Source of the DNA: a virus
Lineage: Duplodnaviria > Caudoviricetes
Reading direction: 5' to 3' (one strand)
Virus record (IMG/VR): IMGVR_UViG_3300034104_004892
Coordinates: 407-64,406 of that record
DNA length: 64,000 bases
Position 1 is the first letter of the stretch; each line of letters begins with the position of its first letter. The position numbers and the translations under genes are program-made. The notes below the pieces were generated by a model. The model was not told the DNA's origin. It did no database searches and worked only from the letters and a program-made list of their open reading frames with translations. Below are positions 1 through 10,028 of this stretch, piece by piece.

Positions 1-3000
1 CGCATTCAAGGCGACTAAATGCTCTGCGCCCTTTCTTCCCCCTGACTCTCTCCACCGATTCAAAAAGTCAGATGGATCCAACAGCATGCCCTGCTGTTCT
101 GCCGCATCAACTAAGGCCGCGTCTTGTGCGCGTTTTGCTGATTTAGATGACCGCCTGCCCTCAGATTCGCCTCGAACCTGTCTTGCTTCGCTATCCGCTC
201 TTCTAACGGAATCTTCGAGGCTTTTTGCACGGCCGCGAATCTCGCCGGAAGGTCGCCCAATCTCTTGTGGATCTCGGCCGCGTCCCGCTCCACTAAAGCG
301 AGCCTCTTCTCTAATGTCTCTTTGTCCATATTGTTCTTGATTTATAGATTCAGGAGCCGACTCCCCGCCGCTTTTCAGCGAGAACAACGCCTGCCCCTGA
401 CGCACAGATTCGGCCATTTCAGGCGTGATGTCAATCTTCCACAGAGCATTTCCGGATCCGGCGTTGTAAGTGAAGCTAGGCTCAGGCTTCACTCCCCATT
501 GACGCACATATTTGCCAATTTCAGATGGGAGAATCTCGTCGTAAAACACTTTCATCCCCCTGCCTCCAATTATTAAATCATCTCCGCTGAAGTAAGCGGC
601 AGCCGTGAACTGGTTTTCGGATTCTTTAAGTTTTTTAAGCGCAGACTCCGTTAGCTCTTTCCCAATTAGCTCTTTCAGTTCGTTTTCTTTGACGCCAGCC
701 TTATTAATAACCGCTGCGTCCCCCTTAGTTGCGCTCAGGTGGTATCCACCTTTGGCATATGTAACAACGATATTGTCTGCTGGTTTCTGTAGTCCGGGAT
801 ATCGGTCAGCTTGAATTTGCCCGGCAGGCCACCCAATGAAGTCCTTTTCGGAATCTACTGCATCTTTTAAGGCTCTTTTAAAAAGCTGCAACGCCCAGTC
901 TTTTGACAGCGGCGCCTCTGGCGAACCTTGCGGAAGACCTTGAGATGGCCTTAAGGCTGGAACCTCATTGTAAAGAAGCTCAAGTTGATCTCTTACAGCG
1001 TCAACCTTTGCGGTTGCTTTGTTCGCTTCATCATAGGACACGGTTTTGTGTCGAATGTAGCCATCAAAAGCCTCTACACGTTCATCTAAGGCTTTTTGCA
1101 GTTGTTCTTTCAAAGCCACGAGCCGATTAGCTTGCTCATTGGTGTAGTACCCTTTTTTACGGCCGGGCTGATGCAAATCGGATTGAGCCTCTTCTATGAT
1201 CAGACCATTTAAAAATTTATTAGTTCCGGGCTTTTTTACGTAAACGTCCTGAAGCCGCATGTGCGCAACGTAGTTTGACACATCTGGGTAGTGGTTTTCA
1301 GACACAAAATCCACAGAGGGATGAGTCAAAACTGTCTCTCTGTAGTTATCGTATATGCCATTCATTTGGTCGTCCCCCATTTTGTACCTTTTGCCGTACA
1401 CCTTTCCGGGGGAATCAACCTCCTCAAACTTTGCAGCATAGCCGTCTTGCAAAAAGTTCTGAATGTCCTGCTTGGTAACATTCCCTTTTTCGGACTGCAT
1501 CCGCTCAATGAATGGCATGATGCCACTCCAACGAATTTCATCTGCCTTTACGCCGCCTCCACGCAATATGTTGATAACTTGATTAGCCGAGGTTTTTGCT
1601 GGCATTTTTTGCAGCAATGTACGCCCAAGCTGAGAATACAGGCCGGGCTCAACCATTGTTTCTTCTAATCCCTGTTCGCTGCGTCTCAGTGAAAAACGAG
1701 GCCCGCCCGGGGTCTGCGTCATGCTTAGGCGCATCCCGCGAAGCATGTCGGACTCAGGCTCAACCACAGGCCGTTGTGCGCGGCTGTCCTCGTACACATT
1801 CAAGGACATGTTGTGCTTTGCCTTGTAGTAATCGACTGGAATTTTTTTCAGGTCGGATTCGACAAGATCCATGATTGAGTCGAGGCGAAGCGAGCGCACC
1901 ATCGTGTTTTGATCGCTGCTTTTTTCAGCTTTGCGCTGCTCTTTTGCGAGCTTCACAAGCCTCTCGTCCTCACGCTGCTCTCGGGTCAGCTTCAGCTTTG
2001 GCAGCTCGGTTCTGTCCGGGTTAGACTCGACCGTATTCGAGTCGTACATGTTCAGAAAGTCGTTAAAAATGTTCCGCTTTGTCTCGGCCTCTGCGGCGTT
2101 TCTTGCAAGCGGCTTTGCGCCCGGGACGACTTCCCCGGTTGATGGGTCAAACCCAGATCCCGGGAGGCCGTTCTGGTGGTTCTCAAGGTACGAGCCTACA
2201 AACTCCTCCATGAACGAGCCCTTTGAGCCATTCCAAGGCTTCAGGCGAATTGGCATGAACGCTTCCCAGCGATCCAGCTTGGACATCATCCGGCTGATGG
2301 AAACGGTCGTGACAAGGAAGTGCCCGTCACTCGAAAACATCATGCCGATAGGCACCACATCCTGAATTTTTGGCGAGAACGGAACGTACCGTCCCCGGGC
2401 GTCGATACGGGTAGCGTAGTCCAACAGCAGGCGTGTCCCATCGCCTTTTTTTAAGGCGTTGTTGACGTCGTACAGCTTCTTCTTGATGAAATACGGCACT
2501 ACGCGGTTTGGAAGCCTGCGAATAGCCTCAATTTGAGCGTCTGTGAGCGTTCCTCGATAGGTGTTTGATCCCGGGGCGACGGGGCGTAGCCTATCCGGGG
2601 CGCCAACGTCGCCAGAATTGTCGATTGCGTCACGGATTGCTTGCGACCGTCGCTCAACCACTTCTCGGGTTTCGCTATTGCTGTTTTCAATTGGTTTTCC
2701 GGAGGCGTCGCGAGCAAGCCTCACAACAGACATCAGGTGGCCACCCATTGGGATCTGCAAGTCGCCAAGCTCTGGAGGCATTTCGCCGTCGCCATGCCCC
2801 TGCGTGATTTGACTGCGCCCGTTTTCGTCTAGGTGATGGAACCACGATCCTTCTTTTGCTTCGGGATCCTGAAGCACAACTTCAGCAATGATCTTGCCGT
2901 CGTTGTCGTAAACAACTGCGGCCATCTCCGTTTTAAAGCGGCCTGAGTCTGTCAGGTAATAGTCAGACAGCTCTTTGTTCGCGATGAGGTCTTTTTTTGC

Positions 3001-6000
3001 CACCGGAGGCGTGTACGACTCTTCGGGATTATGCGGAGCCATGTTGCCTCGCAGCGACTTCATCTCGCGCATGTGTTGCTCAATCAAACGCTGCGCTTCG
3101 GGAGTAAATTCTGCGCCTGACCGCTCTCCAAATGCAGAGCCTTCTTCTCGCAATCCTGCGAGCCTGCGAGCCAGCCTTTTCACCACAGAGTTCTGATCTT
3201 TGATTGTGAGCCAATCCACAAGCGCGGCAGCGCCTCGAGGCTGATTGAAAAAGTAATTCCGATACAATCCGACCGCGTTGAAGTCTGCAAGCACCTCATC
3301 TCGCATCACTCGAACGATTCCGGGGATATCGTATTGCCCGGACGCCGCATCATACAGGCCCATGTTTTCAGCAACCTGCTCCGGGGTCAGGTTTGCATTT
3401 GATCGCCCGTATTTTTCCATGAACAAATCAACCAAGTGATTGTCGGAAAATATTCCCTCTGTTCGAGCGATCACGTTCCCCTGAGCGTCCTTTCGCTCCG
3501 TACCGAATAATTTTTCACGCAACCCAGAGGTTCGTTTCTTGTGCTCGTCAAAATTGTCTAACTGGTGACCAATCTCATGGGCATACACACTCAGGAATGC
3601 GTTGCCGTCGTGAATCATGTTTTTGATGATCACGTCCGAGTTTAGGGCGACAGTGCCCTTTTCCATTTTGGGATCCCAAACAACGTGCTCGCCAGTATTT
3701 CGGTCGATGCGTTGCCCGTCGGATTTGCGAACCGTATTTGTTTTTAAGTAGCTGGCGCCCTCAGCTTCCGACATGAACATTAGGCGCTGGTAATACTTTC
3801 GCTGCTCCGGAGACAGCATGTTGATTTCTTCAGGCCCCCATTGCGACATTGGCTTGGTTGGCAGCGGCCCGCCAAGTTCAGCCATCGTCCTCGAGTTTGA
3901 TTCTCCCAATTTGTCCAGCATTTCGCTGGTGGTCAGAAGTTCGACTTTTACGTTTTTGCCGGGCTCGAGAGAGCCTGATATGTGCGCGTCAATGTCCGCA
4001 AGACGATACCAAAATTGACGAGCAAACTCCTCTCGGCCTTCAGGGGTCGAAGCATTCTTTTTTGCAGCCTCGAGCCGGATCTGAGCCTTGTTTACCATCG
4101 CCTCATAAGCGCGAACCTCATCAGACTGCGTTTCAGACTCGCCCTGTTTTTCAACGGCCTTTTGGTAGTTCTGAGTGGCAGTTTCTAAATATTTTTCGGC
4201 AGCAGCAACTTCCGCTTCGATGTTTGCAAACACATCAAACCGCTGCGCAGCCTCCGGCGACATTGATGCCTTCAGCTTGTAAACTTGGTGGTCGTATTTT
4301 GACCGCTCGCGTTGCATCTGCGTTGGGTCTTTGCCAAGCGCCTTTTGAATAACTTGCGGCCCGGCAGCCCAAGCCCACCCTTCCATCATCGACTTAACAA
4401 ACCCTGCCGGGTCGTTTGAATCCATCAACCCAAGCGTGATGGCCATCGGAGTCGCATGCACAGCGTTCTTCGTGAAGTCTGACATGTGACCTGCAATCCA
4501 ATCAACGGCTTCCGGGCGAACGGTTGCAAGTCGAGACATCCACCCCCGGGTCGGGTCTTGAGCCAGTGCTCCAAACGTGCCAGTGATTCCTTTTGCGTTT
4601 CTGGCAGCCGCCCGGGATAAATCTGCAACAAATCGAGGGGATCCAAGCGCAATTGCTCCGAGGCCAGCGCCCATTGCTGCTCCCTTTACAGTGTCTTCAT
4701 CAAGAAAACTGCCAACCGTAGCGCCAGCGACTACTTTGCTGCCAAGGGATTTTGCGCCTTTTTGAAGCGCCCCCGGAACCCCGGCTTCCTCGAGAAATTC
4801 GCCAGTTCTTTCCGCCGCTTCTTTCAATACTCCAGCGCCGGGGATGTTTCCCAGTCCGCGCATAATTGCTCGCCCTGAGTCATCAATAACATTTGCCACT
4901 CGTTCGGCGCCGCGCCCAATCAGCCCCATTTGCGAAGCAGCTTGTGCTGATTTTTCTAATTTCTCGGCCCTTTTGGCAACCTGCGCTGCGGCCCACTGCT
5001 CTGCGGTCATGCCGCTCGCAAGCCTGCGAGTGACGTTTCCAAGTTCAAGCGTGCCTTTTATTGTTTTTTCGCCAAGGCTCCACAGGTTTGCAGCCCCAAT
5101 TCCCGGAATCGGAGTCAGTGCCGCCACCGCTTTTATGTCGGGATCCGCAGGATGATCCTTCATCCACTGCATGTAATCGGACATGACTTCATTTGTCCGA
5201 TCTTCAACCTGTTTTTCTTTAAACGCCTTGGCCTTTTCCCGATCTCCCTTGAACTCTGGGTGCAGATAGAGCAGCTCGTCAATCGACGGCCCGTTAAACG
5301 CCATAAGCGCCTTCACGGTCTCTTTTGATGCTGTCGCAAGCGAGCTTGGGTTTGTTAACGCATGACGAGCGTTTTCCATTTCGAGAGCGTCACGAGCCAT
5401 CCACCGCTCGCGACGTGTCTCTTCAGACATACCAAGGTTTGAAAGGATTCTGTCTACGTTGCTAAACCCGGTGGTTGTTCCTTTTTTGTAAAGATGCCCT
5501 ACTTCCGATGCAAGGTCTGTCCAGCCTTCAGCAAACGATCGAATATCGTTCAATTGCCGATTTTTCTGCGCTTCATTCAGTTCCTTTGCCCGTTCTGGGG
5601 TAGCGTTGTAAATTTCAGGATCAGGAGTGAAATCTCTAGCAAACTTGCCAACACCTTTGAGAAGTCCTTCAGATAGACCGCCAAAGCCAGCGGCCGCTTG
5701 CGCTACTCCGGTTCCAACATCGGACATTGTGATCGGACGCTTGGAGTATTCGTACGCGATCTCTTTTTGGCGCGGAGTTTTTTCGTGCCACGCAGGAAAC
5801 TGCGATATTTCCTCGGGGTCTTCAACCGAGTCAGCGATTGATTTTTGAGTATCGTTTATGTTTCCGTACCCAATTTCATTTAGCGCGGCCGCGACTGTGG
5901 TTGGCTTTTGTTGAACTCCAAGCGTCTCTTCAAGACTAGACTGCCATCCCCAATCGCGATCGAGAATTCCCGGCTTTTGCTCATCTGTTGCTTGAGCTTC

Positions 6001-6108
6001 TGGCTTTTGTTCTAGAGCAGCATTGTCGCCACCAATGTTTTTTAGCATCTCTTGGGATTCCCGAAGAGCTGCTGCAATGTCAAATTCACCAGTTGTTTCA
6101 GCAGTCAT
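1..6108 (-). CDS. Giant polyvalent internal virion/ejection protein, N-terminal part (2036 codons in window, runs off left edge)
   Basis: ATG at 6108 overlaps the upstream TAA (TAATG) and reads MTAETTGEFDIAAALRESQEM. No stop in the stretches translated by hand, and absence from the ORF track is consistent with no stop before the edge. Contains zincin HExxH (YAHEIGH ~3565-3585, downstream DEVLADF ~3280-3300), motifs typical of large polyvalent proteins (GLYSQL, GVKADEIRWSG, HMRLQD..IIEEAQSDLHQPGRKKGY, GGRGMKVFYDEILP) and a kinase-like start (GRKGAEHLV) at the edge. Confidence 0.85.
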   Translation of the reverse strand, partial: MTAETTGEFDIAAALRESQEMLKNIGGDNAALEQKPEAQATDEQKPGILDRDWGWQSSLEETLGVQQKPTTVAAALNEIGYGNINDTQKSIADSVEDPEEISQFPAWHEKTPRQKEIAYEYSKRPITMSDVGTGVAQAAAGFGGLSEGLLKGVGKFARDFTPDPEIYNATPERAKELNEAQKNRQLNDIRSFAEGWTDLASEVGHLYKKGTTTGFSNVDRILSNLGMSEETRRERWMARDALEMENARHALTNPSSLATASKETVKALMAFNGPSIDELLYLHPEFKGDREKAKAFKEKQVEDRTNEVMSDYMQWMKDHPADPDIKAVAALTPIPGIGAANLWSLGEKTIKGTLELGNVTRRLASGMTAEQWAAAQVAKRAEKLEKSAQAASQMGLIGRGAERVANVIDDSGRAIMRGLGNIPGAGVLKEAAERTGEFLEEAGVPGALQKGAKSLGSKVVAGATVGSFLDEDTVKGAAMGAGLGAIALGSPRFVADLSRAAARNAKGITGTFGALAQDPTRGWMSRLATVRPEAVDWIAGHMSDFTKNAVHATPMAITLGLMDSNDPAGFVKSMMEGWAWAAGPQVIQKALGKDPTQMQRERSKYDHQVYKLKASMSPEAAQRFDVFANIEAEVAAAEKYLETATQNYQKAVEKQGESETQSDEVRAYEAMVNKAQIRLEAAKKNASTPEGREEFARQFWYRLADIDAHISGSLEPGKNVKVELLTTSEMLDKLGESNSRTMAELGGPLPTKPMSQWGPEEINMLSPEQRKYYQRLMFMSEAEGASYLKTNTVRKSDGQRIDRNTGEHVVWDPKMEKGTVALNSDVIIKNMIHDGNAFLSVYAHEIGHQLDNFDEHKKRTSGLREKLFGTERKDAQGNVIARTEGIFSDNHLVDLFMEKYGRSNANLTPEQVAENMGLYDAASGQYDIPGIVRVMRDEVLADFNAVGLYRNYFFNQPRGAAALVDWLTIKDQNSVVKRLARRLAGLREEGSAFGERSGAEFTPEAQRLIEQHMREMKSLRGNMAPHNPEESYTPPVAKKDLIANKELSDYYLTDSGRFKTEMAAVVYDNDGKIIAEVVLQDPEAKEGSWFHHLDENGRSQITQGHGDGEMPPELGDLQIPMGGHLMSVVRLARDASGKPIENSNSETREVVERRSQAIRDAIDNSGDVGAPDRLRPVAPGSNTYRGTLTDAQIEAIRRLPNRVVPYFIKKKLYDVNNALKKGDGTRLLLDYATRIDARGRYVPFSPKIQDVVPIGMMFSSDGHFLVTTVSISRMMSKLDRWEAFMPIRLKPWNGSKGSFMEEFVGSYLENHQNGLPGSGFDPSTGEVVPGAKPLARNAAEAETKRNIFNDFLNMYDSNTVESNPDRTELPKLKLTREQREDERLVKLAKEQRKAEKSSDQNTMVRSLRLDSIMDLVESDLKKIPVDYYKAKHNMSLNVYEDSRAQRPVVEPESDMLRGMRLSMTQTPGGPRFSLRRSEQGLEETMVEPGLYSQLGRTLLQKMPAKTSANQVINILRGGGVKADEIRWSGIMPFIERMQSEKGNVTKQDIQNFLQDGYAAKFEEVDSPGKVYGKRYKMGDDQMNGIYDNYRETVLTHPSVDFVSENHYPDVSNYVAHMRLQDVYVKKPGTNKFLNGLIIEEAQSDLHQPGRKKGYYTNEQANRLVALKEQLQKALDERVEAFDGYIRHKTVSYDEANKATAKVDAVRDQLELLYNEVPALRPSQGLPQGSPEAPLSKDWALQLFKRALKDAVDSEKDFIGWPAGQIQADRYPGLQKPADNIVVTYAKGGYHLSATKGDAAVINKAGVKENELKELIGKELTESALKKLKESENQFTAAAYFSGDDLIIGGRGMKVFYDEILPSEIGKYVRQWGVKPEPSFTYNAGSGNALWKIDITPEMAESVRQGQALFSLKSGGESAPESINQEQYGQRDIREEARFSGAGRGRDPQEIGRPSGEIRGRAKSLEDSVRRADSEARQVRGESEGRRSSKSAKRAQDAALVDAAEQQGMLLDPSDFLNRWRESGGRKGAEHLVALNA
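111..329 (-). CDS. Overprinted 72-aa helical ORF nested in the polyvalent gene just upstream of the kinase domain (possible inhibitor/antitoxin)
   Basis: ATG with an A-rich leader and protein-like helical sequence; the host frame over the same interval is an R/G/S/E-rich low-complexity linker. Confidence 0.5.
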   Translation of the reverse strand: MDKETLEKRLALVERDAAEIHKRLGDLPARFAAVQKASKIPLEERIAKQDRFEANLRAGGHLNQQNAHKTRP

Positions 6109-8408
6109 TAATGCAAGGGTGTTTCGATAAATACGCCGCCTTGATCTCCTATTTGCGCCGCCTCTCTTAAGGCCTTAGCATATTCCTTTTCTGCTTCAAT
6201 GTCTTCTGCTGTTTTTGGCCGTGGATTTACTCTAAACTCTTGAATTAAATCAGCAAAATCTCGATCTGTCGGCCGTTCTGGCGGCAAATAAGCCTCCGGC
6301 CTGTCTTTATTTTTTGCAATTCTAGATGCAAGTATTTTTGCATCATGTTCAATTGTTTGTTTTTTGGACAGTAGTTTTTGCGCTTCAGCGGTAGGTGCCG
6401 ACTTTAACTGCGATTGAATCATCATCAATTCTGAGCCGAATTTTTTCATTTCTTCAGCCGCTTCTTTTTTAAGCATCATTTTTTGACCGATTTCTGTTCC
6501 GCCAGTAAAATAAGGATGCAGAGCGGCAGGATCTTCAAATCCTCGTTTATTAGCCCAGTACGTACGATATCGGGTGACTTCCTCGTTGGCTCTTTGAGCT
6601 TTTTCGTTGTAAACCTCGGCCCCAAGTCTGGCAATTTCATCGCGTTCTTCCTGAACAAGAATATCGCCCGTTAACTTGCCCTTGCTCCACGCTTCAGCTC
6701 GCGCCATCCACGGTCTTGATTTTTCAATTAAATGCAATTCTGCCTCGGTAGGAGTTGCACCCCGCGCCATTCGGGCAACAATTTGGAGCAAATCGTTATC
6801 AAAAAGAGTTTTGTTTTTGTTTTTTGGATCGCTGGCTTTTCCGTAAGACGCCAGCAAAAGTGGAATTGAAGCACTCGGGCCTCCTTTTTGCGCAAAATCT
6901 TGAACCAACGGGTTCCGGTTTACTTGCTGCTCGTGAGCCACAACAGCAGACTTCGCGACGCTTTCCTGCCGGAGCTTTAGCTGCTCGAGCTTAGGATCCA
7001 ATTTTGCTGGAGCGTCTTTGCGAATGTACTCCGGGTTTCGGTAAACTCCACGAGCGTCGGGCTTCCCGGGAGATACCATCCGGTATGGCATAGTAGGATC
7101 AGCTTCAATCATCTCAGCAAATCCAGCAGCGATGTTTCGATTTTTAAACGTAGCAGGCAAACTGGCAATCGACCCCGGTCTGTATTGAGGCGCAGCGACG
7201 GGTGCGGCAGCGGGTGCTGCGGCTGGCGCTGCGGCGTTCGGAGCTTGTTCTTGAGGTTGCGTCCGGCTTGACATTATTTGAGCCGCTTTAATTGCGTTTG
7301 CGCTTTTTGCGGTAACATCAGGTTCGCCGGGCGCAGGCATCGGCACTTGCGGCTGAGGCGCCTCCGAAGTTGCTGATGGAGGAGGCGTAAACGGCTCTAC
7401 CGGGGTCACGAATGAAGGCTCCATGCCCAACAGAATATTTTTAGGCGCAGCTACTGGCCGTCCTGCAAATAGTGATTGAGCCTCCGCTCTAAAATCTGGA
7501 GTTCCGGCTGTTTGCTGACCCGTAGTAATTGTTTGCGGAGGCAATAGCGCCCCCGGGCTCATTGTTGGTTGGCCGCCTCCCGGCTGCAATTGAGGTGGCT
7601 CGGGCGGTTTAATAAACGTAGCTCGCAACCCATCTAAAACTCCCGTTGCCGGAGACTCCAACGCGCCGGGTGCTGGCATCAATCCAAGTTCAAACTCGGG
7701 AACTTGTATTGAATCGAATTCTGGAATTTCTGAGAGTTGAGCAATTTGCTCATCTGTTGTCTTTGGAATTGCGAGATCTAAATCTTCAAAAATCGGAGGC
7801 GCCGTTAGCTGAGGAGTGGTGCGAATTGAAAATCCACTCGGAGACGCATCGCGGCCTTTCGCTTGATCAACGCTTGTTGGGGACGCATTTGCCCCGACGC
7901 CCGGAGCCTGCTCTTGAGCTGCTGCTGCTTTTTCAGCCGGGGTTGGCGCGTCGCTTGGTTTTTGATTTGTAGCGCCGCCGAAACGCTTCACCGTGTCATT
8001 CCAAGCATCGCCTACGTTGTCGTACCCATCCGGGCCGCCAGCTCGAGTTGCATCGATTCGAGCCTTGAGCATTTTCATGCGGTGCTCTTCCTTGGCCATT
8101 TGAAGACGCTCCTTGGCCTCATTCTCCCGGAAGGTTTGCTCGCGCTCCCATCGAGCCGCCGCTTCGGCGTCTTTTACGTCTTGCCGCTTGTCTCTGTAAT
8201 ACCCCTTGATGGCATCGGCAATTCCAGCCCCGGCAGCTAAAATGCCTTGAGAGTTGTCTCGAGGCGTCGGCACAACCCATGCGGGAAGCTCCCTAAATTG
8301 CAAAGGAGTTCCAACCCGGTACGGCTTAACCTGAGCCAGTGCCGGGAGATTTAAGTTTGGTGCAACTGCATTGAATTGCACCCCGCTCGGGTTGACGTAG
8401 GGAGGCAT
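6108..8408 (-). CDS. Internal virion / DNA ejection protein (766 aa)
   Basis: Long ORF with a Pro/Ala-rich disordered middle and helical C-terminus; lies between small ejection proteins and the giant protein. Confidence 0.75.
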   Translation of the reverse strand: MPPYVNPSGVQFNAVAPNLNLPALAQVKPYRVGTPLQFRELPAWVVPTPRDNSQGILAAGAGIADAIKGYYRDKRQDVKDAEAAARWEREQTFRENEAKERLQMAKEEHRMKMLKARIDATRAGGPDGYDNVGDAWNDTVKRFGGATNQKPSDAPTPAEKAAAAQEQAPGVGANASPTSVDQAKGRDASPSGFSIRTTPQLTAPPIFEDLDLAIPKTTDEQIAQLSEIPEFDSIQVPEFELGLMPAPGALESPATGVLDGLRATFIKPPEPPQLQPGGGQPTMSPGALLPPQTITTGQQTAGTPDFRAEAQSLFAGRPVAAPKNILLGMEPSFVTPVEPFTPPPSATSEAPQPQVPMPAPGEPDVTAKSANAIKAAQIMSSRTQPQEQAPNAAAPAAAPAAAPVAAPQYRPGSIASLPATFKNRNIAAGFAEMIEADPTMPYRMVSPGKPDARGVYRNPEYIRKDAPAKLDPKLEQLKLRQESVAKSAVVAHEQQVNRNPLVQDFAQKGGPSASIPLLLASYGKASDPKNKNKTLFDNDLLQIVARMARGATPTEAELHLIEKSRPWMARAEAWSKGKLTGDILVQEERDEIARLGAEVYNEKAQRANEEVTRYRTYWANKRGFEDPAALHPYFTGGTEIGQKMMLKKEAAEEMKKFGSELMMIQSQLKSAPTAEAQKLLSKKQTIEHDAKILASRIAKNKDRPEAYLPPERPTDRDFADLIQEFRVNPRPKTAEDIEAEKEYAKALREAAQIGDQGGVFIETPLH

Positions 8409-8411
8409 GGG

Positions 8412-9119
8412 TTAATAACCGCCAAATCTAAGGCCAGAAATACTCGGCATCAAATACTGACTGGCGCTCGTTACATTTTGATTGGAGCGTCGCGCTGCCG
8501 CCATTGCTGCCGCAGGGTTAATTCCAGCAGCCCCAACACCAGTCGATGGCCCAGTCTGAGGCGTGCTTGGAGTCTGATTGTACTGCGAAGTAGAGTCTCC
8601 GGCGTTGCTCGCGGTAGGTTTGGTTGCTGTCGTGCCCGTCGCAGACTGTGCCCCTGCTACAGATGATGTGGGCGTAAGCTGACCCACAGTAAGCTGTGAC
8701 TGCGGAGTAGTCTGAGCTGTCGCGGCCATTGCTGGATTCGGAGCTGTAGCTGTTAAACTTGGCGCTTGTTGTGTAGCGCCCGGCGTTGCGGCGCCAGTTG
8801 TATTTCCAGTGTCAGAAACATTAGTCTGCGTCTGACCAAGTTGACCCGACGGAGCAAGCTGAACCGCGCCAGTTAAATTTGCTTCCGGTATTGGTGGCGG
8901 TTTTGGCGCCTCCGGCTCCGCTGCTGTCGGAACAGTAGTTGTTACGGTTTTTGGCGGGTTGTTTTTGTTCCACTCAGAAATATAATCATCGTACCTGCGA
9001 CCCTTTGCCGGAGGTGGCGCCGTAGGATTTGCCCGTCGGAAACTTGCATATCTTTCCCTATCCGGAGAAAAAATAGTGCTGTTCCAGCCGCTAGAAAAAC
9101 TTCTTCGTCTTCCGCCCAT
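8412..9119 (-). CDS. Small ejection-type virion protein, MGG...SGLRFGGY
   Basis: 235-aa Thr/Ala/Pro-rich ORF tightly packed in the operon. Confidence 0.75.
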   Translation of the reverse strand: MGGRRRSFSSGWNSTIFSPDRERYASFRRANPTAPPPAKGRRYDDYISEWNKNNPPKTVTTTVPTAAEPEAPKPPPIPEANLTGAVQLAPSGQLGQTQTNVSDTGNTTGAATPGATQQAPSLTATAPNPAMAATAQTTPQSQLTVGQLTPTSSVAGAQSATGTTATKPTASNAGDSTSQYNQTPSTPQTGPSTGVGAAGINPAAAMAAARRSNQNVTSASQYLMPSISGLRFGGY

Positions 9120-9121
9120 AA

Positions 9122-9529
9122 TTAGGATCCTCCAAAGCGCAGCCCGGAAACAGACGGCGCCTGAAATGAGTTTGTGCTGCTGGTTTGTTGATTAGCAAGT
9201 GCTGCTGCCGCCGCTGATCCGCGAGGCCGCATTGTCGCTGCGTATGGCTTGTTCTTTGCCATGCCCATAACTTGGGGGCCGGATTCAGTTGCGGCTGGCC
9301 CTTCCGCCGTATTGATCGGCGCTGATGGCATTCCTTTAACGTCTGTTAAACTTGTATTTCCAGACATTGCATCGCCACCCCGAGGCCCGCTTTGAGGCGC
9401 ATCGAAAACAAGCCTGTTGCCTGTATCTACAGCGCGATTTGCAATCGTGTTTTGAACTGGTGGCGGCGGCGGCGGCACATACGGTGCAGGAGCCGGGGCG
9501 TCACCTCCTCTTCTTCCTCCTCCTCCCAT
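9122..9529 (-). CDS. Small ejection-type virion protein, MGGGG...SGLRFGGS
   Basis: ATG at 9529, 1 nt after the upstream stop, preferred over the TTG at 9544. Confidence 0.75.
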   Translation of the reverse strand: MGGGGRRGGDAPAPAPYVPPPPPPVQNTIANRAVDTGNRLVFDAPQSGPRGGDAMSGNTSLTDVKGMPSAPINTAEGPAATESGPQVMGMAKNKPYAATMRPRGSAAAAALANQQTSSTNSFQAPSVSGLRFGGS

Positions 9530-9530
9530 A

Positions 9531-10010
9531 TTATCGTCCTCCAAAGGTTATTCCCCCTACTTCTGGAAGGGAGAATTTGTTGCTTGTTGCTCTTTTTTCC
9601 ATAACAGGATTTTGCGTGGTTCCGCCAATCACATTTCCCATCGCAGGCGGAAGCATTGGGGCAGCAGCCCCAAGGTTGCCGTAGCGAACTTGGTTGGCTG
9701 CGTTGATATCATACCCTCCTCCGGTTACTCCAGAACCCATCCCCATAGACTCTTCTTGCGCCTGCGCGGCAGACTGAGCGTCGAGAGATTTTTGGTATTC
9801 TTGCATGCGTGCGAGGTCTTGCGATGCCGCCGTGTTGGCCTGCCTCATCCCAAGTTCGGCAGCGTTATTTTGAGCATCGACCATCGCTTTTCGCTGCGCT
9901 AAAGCGGCATCTTGAGCGGCTGTAGCCTGTTGCTCTCGCATTAACTCCATCGCCTTGATCATCGGAGTATAATCCGGTGGTGGCGGAGCTGATATTTTTG
10001 TGCCTCCCAT
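9531..10010 (-). CDS. Small ejection-type virion protein, MGGTKISAPPPPDY...GGITFGGR
   Basis: MGG..PPPPDY N-terminus and Gln/Ala-rich helix typical of podovirus ejection proteins. Confidence 0.8.
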   Translation of the reverse strand: MGGTKISAPPPPDYTPMIKAMELMREQQATAAQDAALAQRKAMVDAQNNAAELGMRQANTAASQDLARMQEYQKSLDAQSAAQAQEESMGMGSGVTGGGYDINAANQVRYGNLGAAAPMLPPAMGNVIGGTTQNPVMEKRATSNKFSLPEVGGITFGGR

Positions 10011-10028
10011 AATTTTAGTTTTTAATTG

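Noticed and set aside
1861-1905. RSLRLDSI as a WYL domain
   Set aside because: Only a short motif resembling RxFRxDRI; the rest of a WYL domain could not be recognised
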